Part shown: in pieces, positions 59,794 through 64,000 of the stretch
Numbering within the stretch: the first letter of the stretch is position 1
How the letters are laid out: each line of letters begins with the position of its first letter
Origin: an uncultured bacterium
GTDB taxonomy: Bacteria > Cyanobacteriota > Cyanobacteriia > Leptolyngbyales > Leptolyngbyaceae
DNA length: 64,000 nucleotides
Assembly (NCBI GenBank): GCA_964475335.1
Contig: CAYYWG010000014.1
Coordinates: forward strand, 60,906-124,905
Direction: 5' to 3'
Program-made: the position numbers and the translations under genes
Notes under the pieces: generated by a model
The model's input: only the letters and a program-made list of their open reading frames with translations
Database searches by the model: none
Told to the model about the DNA's origin: nothing

Positions 59794-60783
59794 GTGGGTA
59801 CGTCAGGTATTACATTGGAACGCATGACATCATCACGGGGACGACGGACACAGACCGCTGAGTTAGAAGTTCAGCTCTTGCGGGAAGGCATTGTAGAATC
59901 GACGCATCGGGTACAGGCAACGGTGTGTGACGATCGCGGACGGACTATGCTGGTAGCGGGCAGCGCAGAAACAGCCACCTTTGTGCGCTCAGCCCTCAAA
60001 CCCTTTCAAGCATTGGCGGTTTCAACCACAGGGACGCTGGAACGCTATGGGTTGGGCGATCGCGACTTGGCGATTATGTGCAGTTCCCATCGCGGCAAAA
60101 TTGAGCAAGTGCGCCAAGTTTTTAATATTTTGTGGCGGGCAGATATTGATCCCCTCATGTTGCAGTGTCCCATGCCGAAGGGAGCCAAAAGCCCGCTAGA
60201 ACACAACTGCTCCGGGAAACACGCCGGAATGCTAGCTGTTTGCCAGCAACGCAATTGGGCCTTAGGCAGTTATTTGCAGCGATCGCACCCCATCCAGCAA
60301 TTGATCCTCAACAAAATTGCCGAAATCCTAGGTATGCCTGCCGATGAGTTCATTGGGGCACGGGATGATTGCGGCGCACCGACTTACTTTATGCAACTGG
60401 GCCAAATGGCAACCCTCTATGCCCGCTTGGCCTCCGGTAACAGCCTAGATTTGGAGCGCATCATCCGAGCAATGGTGCATCATCCAGAACTCATTGCCGC
60501 CGAGGGCGAGTTTGACACTGAGTTGATGAAGCTGACCGAAGGCGAATTAGTTAGCAAGGCAGGAGCCGAGGGCATTCAGTGTGTTGGGCGTGTGGGCGAG
60601 GGGTTGGGTCTGGCGATTAAGGCGCTCGATGGGTCGCGGCGGGCTAAGTATGCAGTCGCGGTACACGTCCTCAAGCAAATGGGCTGGATTACCCCCTCAG
60701 TGTCAGAAATCCTATCCGAGCAGTTTTTGGCCTTGGGCGAAGTGACCCGGCTGGAAGTGTCAGGCGATTTGTCCATGATCTAG
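59794..60783 (+). CDS. L-asparaginase II family protein (PF06089-type)
   Basis: VESTHRV...FVRSALKPFQAL...CSSHRG...HNCSGKHAGMLAVC...GAEGIQCVG are family-typical blocks. The start codon is uncertain. Confidence 0.7.
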   Translation: MGTSGITLERMTSSRGRRTQTAELEVQLLREGIVESTHRVQATVCDDRGRTMLVAGSAETATFVRSALKPFQALAVSTTGTLERYGLGDRDLAIMCSSHRGKIEQVRQVFNILWRADIDPLMLQCPMPKGAKSPLEHNCSGKHAGMLAVCQQRNWALGSYLQRSHPIQQLILNKIAEILGMPADEFIGARDDCGAPTYFMQLGQMATLYARLASGNSLDLERIIRAMVHHPELIAAEGEFDTELMKLTEGELVSKAGAEGIQCVGRVGEGLGLAIKALDGSRRAKYAVAVHVLKQMGWITPSVSEILSEQFLALGEVTRLEVSGDLSMI

Positions 60784-60878
60784 GAGCATCCTGCCGGACT
60801 TAGCGTTCCAGACCAATCCCTCAACACAGAGAATCAACGCCTTCACGAAAGACGACGCGCCAGTGGAGCAGGTGGGGC

Positions 60879-63140
60879 ATGGATTTGTTTGACCAGCACC
60901 GACAGGCCATAACTGAGGCCGAAGCGCCCTTAGCCGCTCGCATGCGTCCGCGATCGCTGGATGAATTTGTGGGCCAAAGCGCCATTATCGGGCCGGGGCG
61001 GTTGTTACGACGGGCTATCCAGGCGGATCAGCTCTCATCGGTGATTTTCTATGGGCCACCAGGGACGGGCAAAACCACCCTGGCGCGGATTATTGCCAAC
61101 ACGACCAAGGCCCATTTCATTGCGATTAATGCGGTGCTAGCCGGGGTCAAGGAGATTCGGGAGGCGATCGCCCAAGCCCAAGAGCGACGGGGTGTTTACA
61201 GTCAACGCACGATTCTGTTTGTCGATGAAGTTCACCGCTTCAACAAGTCCCAACAGGATGCCTTACTGCCCTGGGTGGAAAATGGCACCGTCATTTTAAT
61301 CGGGGCCACTACCGAAAATCCTTACTTTGAAGTCAACAAAGCGTTAGTAAGTCGATCGCGCATTTTCCAGCTTAAACCACTGGATGAAAGCGACCTGCGG
61401 GACATTGTGCGACAGACCTTGGCCGATCGCGATCGGGGCTATGGCGATCGGGCCATTACCCTGGAAGCAGCAGCCCTCGACCATTTGGTGAATGTGGCTA
61501 ATGGCGATGCCCGCGCCGTGCTCAATGCCCTGGAACTGGCTGTGGAAACCACGCCGCCCAACACCGAGGGGCAGATTGTCATCACCCTGGCGGTGGCCGA
61601 AGAGTCGATTCAGCAACGGGCCGTTTTGTATGACAAAGAAGGGGATGCCCATTTTGACACCATCAGCGCCTTTATCAAAAGTGTGCGCGGTTCAGACCCC
61701 GATGCGGCGTTGTACTGGTTAGCTCGCATGGTCTATGCCGGAGAAGATCCCCGGTTTATTTTTCGACGCTTGTTGATTTTGGCGGGGGAGGATGTGGGAT
61801 TGGCCGATCCCCACGCGATCGCCGTGGTGAATGCCTGTGCCCAAGCCTTTGACCGCATCGGCTTGCCCGAAGGCCGCTATCCCCTGGCCCAAGCCACGTT
61901 ATACCTGGCAACAGCCCCCAAGTCCAACAGTGTCATGGCGTTTTTCGATGCGCTAGCCACCGTCGAACGAGAGCGGGAAGCCGCAGTGCCTTTGCCCCTC
62001 CGGGATGGCAACCGCGATCAAGCGGGCTTTGGTCACGGGACTGGCTACCTCTATCCCCATGCCTATCGCGACCATTGGGTGGCCCAGCAATATTTGCCCA
62101 GCGCCTTACAGGGGCAGGTGTTCTACCAACCTTCAGGGCAGGGATACGAGGCCCAAATTCAAACTAAAGTAGCCCAACAACGCGAAGCCCAACTGGCGGC
62201 CTTGACGGAAGGGAGCGGCCTTGCGCCCTTAGAAAGCCTGACGTTTAGCCCAGCGAACGCCGGTCAGGAGCGGTGGCTCCAACGCACAATGAGCCAGGTG
62301 GGAGATTATTTGGGAAAAATCCGCGATCGCCTATTTGACTTAGCAGCCTTACAACGTCATCAGGTTGTGCTGGATCTTAATGCTGGCAGTGGCCTACTCA
62401 CCTGGGAAGCCGTGCGCCAAGTCCCCGAAGGTGGGGTATATGCCTGTGTGCAGCGCCCAGAAGATGTGGCAGCTTTCACTGAAAAAAGTCAACTGTTACC
62501 AGAGTTGGTGCGCCCGATCCTGTGGCAAATAACCTTAGACGACCTACCGCCGCATCTAGCCAGCCAAACCCCAGCCATTCAGTTTGATTGTGTCATCGGA
62601 CGTAATGTGTTGGCCCCGTTGACGGCAGTGGGCGGCTTGGCCGATAGAATTGGTTGCTTGGCCCAGATTTTGCACCAGCAACCGTCTTCCAACTCTTCTA
62701 CCGGGCAGCGCCCCATCCTGGTCTTAGCCGAACTCATCCCTCGACGAACCCAACGATTGTATGAATTCTTGCAGCCAGAGTGGCTCGATCGCGCATTGTA
62801 CGAACGCCTCGCTGCGGCAGAAAATGCAATCTACTGCCAGCCCTCAACCCTATCGTTGCATTGGGATATTGACGACTTTCGACAGGCGTTTTTGGCCGTA
62901 GGGTTAACTGTTGAGATTCAACTTGACTATGCCCAAACTGAATTGTTGATTACGCCTGAATTGATCAACCGTTGGTTTAGTCAAGGGAACAACAATCAAC
63001 CCACGTATGCTGACTATTTAAAACCGCAACTTTCAAGGACAGAAATCCGTTCGATTCATCACTGTTTTGTGCAACATTTGTGCCATCAAACGGTGCCCTG
63101 GAAGAGTGCGATCGCTTTGATTCGAGGCAATCTTACCTAA
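60879..63140 (+). CDS. Replication-associated recombination protein A (RarA/MgsA AAA+ ATPase) fused to a ~300-aa C-terminal class-I methyltransferase-like domain
   Basis: aa 1-440: [11 protein letters not shown], Walker [12 protein letters not shown], Walker [13 protein letters not shown], and the MgsA_C blocks [34 protein letters not shown]. aa ~500-753: [12 protein letters not shown] (motif I-like) and [10 protein letters not shown] (motif II-like). Confidence 0.85.
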   Translation: MDLFDQHRQAITEAEAPLAARMRPRSLDEFVGQSAIIGPGRLLRRAIQADQLSSVIFYGPPGTGKTTLARIIANTTKAHFIAINAVLAGVKEIREAIAQAQERRGVYSQRTILFVDEVHRFNKSQQDALLPWVENGTVILIGATTENPYFEVNKALVSRSRIFQLKPLDESDLRDIVRQTLADRDRGYGDRAITLEAAALDHLVNVANGDARAVLNALELAVETTPPNTEGQIVITLAVAEESIQQRAVLYDKEGDAHFDTISAFIKSVRGSDPDAALYWLARMVYAGEDPRFIFRRLLILAGEDVGLADPHAIAVVNACAQAFDRIGLPEGRYPLAQATLYLATAPKSNSVMAFFDALATVEREREAAVPLPLRDGNRDQAGFGHGTGYLYPHAYRDHWVAQQYLPSALQGQVFYQPSGQGYEAQIQTKVAQQREAQLAALTEGSGLAPLESLTFSPANAGQERWLQRTMSQVGDYLGKIRDRLFDLAALQRHQVVLDLNAGSGLLTWEAVRQVPEGGVYACVQRPEDVAAFTEKSQLLPELVRPILWQITLDDLPPHLASQTPAIQFDCVIGRNVLAPLTAVGGLADRIGCLAQILHQQPSSNSSTGQRPILVLAELIPRRTQRLYEFLQPEWLDRALYERLAAAENAIYCQPSTLSLHWDIDDFRQAFLAVGLTVEIQLDYAQTELLITPELINRWFSQGNNNQPTYADYLKPQLSRTEIRSIHHCFVQHLCHQTVPWKSAIALIRGNLT

Positions 63141-63517
63141 TCCATCGAGGATTCAATTCCGAAGGGCTCACTCAAACTCCAGACTGTAGCAACCAACTTT
63201 GTTGTAAGGCTGCTGGTACCTAACCAACTCCAAAAATTAGAGTGGCTTTTTTGAGAAGACCGAGATGAATTAATGGAAGTGGAAGCCATAAGAATGTACC
63301 TCTTAATTAACCTAAAAATCATTAACCTTAAAGGTTTTGCTCTTGACCTAATATGCCCGAATTCTGATGGAATGAACAGGGATAGCTTACCCCCTAAAGT
63401 TACACATTCAGTAAAGACCTCAGTATGTTCTAAAAATAGAATTTGATTGCTTGTTCCGTAGTTTTTCGTAGTTTTATCATTGCGCCAGTCATTCCAGCCA
63501 CAATTATCAGTAATCAC
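63137..63517 (-). CDS. Doubtful AT-rich ORF (GTG start), possibly a gene remnant
   Basis: 126 aa with no recognisable motifs and no HIP1. It overlaps the rarA-fusion stop by 4 nt and its composition differs from the flanks. Confidence 0.2.
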   Translation of the reverse strand: MITDNCGWNDWRNDKTTKNYGTSNQILFLEHTEVFTECVTLGGKLSLFIPSEFGHIRSRAKPLRLMIFRLIKRYILMASTSINSSRSSQKSHSNFWSWLGTSSLTTKLVATVWSLSEPFGIESSMD

Positions 63518-63742
63518 CAGGAACAGTTCAGGCTTTGTCGCGATCGCCGGCCCTCACCAAATAAACTAAGTCCGTAGAATAACGGATCGGATACCCGCGC
63601 AGAAGTTTAGCAAAAAAACACTAAGCAACTTAACACAACTTCTGGGTGCGATCGCATCGCTCTAAGGACGTAATTGAACTGGCTTAGCCTGGATAATTCA
63701 CCACCATTGGATTGGTCGGCGTCGGTCTTCGCCCCCTCACCA

Positions 63743-63782
63743 GCCAGGGCTGCCACAAGCGGTGCCCCTACCGCGAAAAATA
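63743..63782 (-). repeat. Third member (inverted orientation) of the short dispersed repeat family seen at 53951-54031
   Basis: The reverse complement tatttttcgcggtaggggcaccgcttgtggcagccctggc shares tttttcgcggtag-ggca-N-cttgtgg-N2-gccc-N-ggc with copy 1 at 53951-53990. Confidence 0.7.
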
Positions 63783-64000
63783 CAAGCTGTTTTTCTGAGC
63801 ATTCCTGGTATTGCCGATGAATTAAGGGTTTTGGGGAATTTGCCTAATCCTCATGAATATGCACGTTAGGCCCAAATTCTATCCGTGTCGTGGCTGTCCC
63901 ATCCCGCCCCTGCCCTGTCATCAGGACTCATCAGCATTGGCTTCGACTTCAACTTCATAAGTAAAGTCCACTTTTTCTGCCACACTCATCAAATACTTTG

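Noticed and set aside
63931-64000. Minus-strand reading frame ending ...KYLMSVAEKVDFTYEVEVEANADES-stop at the right edge
   Set aside because: The fragment in the window is too short (about 23 codons) to tell a real gene end from chance, and no family is recognisable.

Overview
The window is a chromosomal segment of a cyanobacterium. The evidence is very dense exact HIP1 palindromes (GCGATCGC) in genes and spacers, plus lineage-typical genes: sucrose synthase, NdhK, Tab2, a Ycf36/CGLD27-like protein, HisZ, a Fed2-like ferredoxin, FutA/IdiA and a bacterial dynamin-like protein. I call about 48 protein genes, one tRNA-Ser(GGA), several hairpin terminators and three small repeat families. I see no rRNA, CRISPR array, transposase, integrase or prophage.

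Most of the window is ordinary core metabolism and housekeeping: carA, ilvA, hisZ, ahcY, typA, a PmbA-type protease, an S1-like protein, GH57 and IMPase.

Two regions stand out.

(1) 25.9-42.4 kb is a signalling hub with four histidine kinases, a CheY-like receiver and a REC-GGDEF-EAL protein.
- One kinase has an N-terminal membrane domain that matches the plant ETR1 ethylene-binding domain, including the Cu-ligating Cys-x3-His.
- That kinase is translationally coupled to the receiver and sits next to a REC-GAF-GAF-HK hybrid.
- Just upstream lies a tight trio of exported proteins: a DsbA-like protein, a PPC-domain protein and an unknown.

(2) 47.06-48.9 kb is a small, AT-rich, HIP1-free accessory islet between a dynamin-like GTPase operon and typA.
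- It carries an orphan Cys-rich (zinc-ribbon-like) gene.
- It also carries a hicB-hicA toxin-antitoxin pair bracketed by 97-bp direct repeats that are 95/97 identical.

Other points worth a look:
- a methylglyoxal-synthase/DAG-kinase-like fusion
- a RarA ATPase fused to a methyltransferase-like domain
- an apparently exported TPR-CHAT (caspase-like) protein
- a perfect 4 x 18 bp in-frame tandem repeat in front of a pterin carbinolamine dehydratase
- a stand-alone ndhK

I cannot confidently name a multi-gene system here that is clearly new. The candidates are ranked below. Every homology statement rests on motif recognition by eye, not on a database search.
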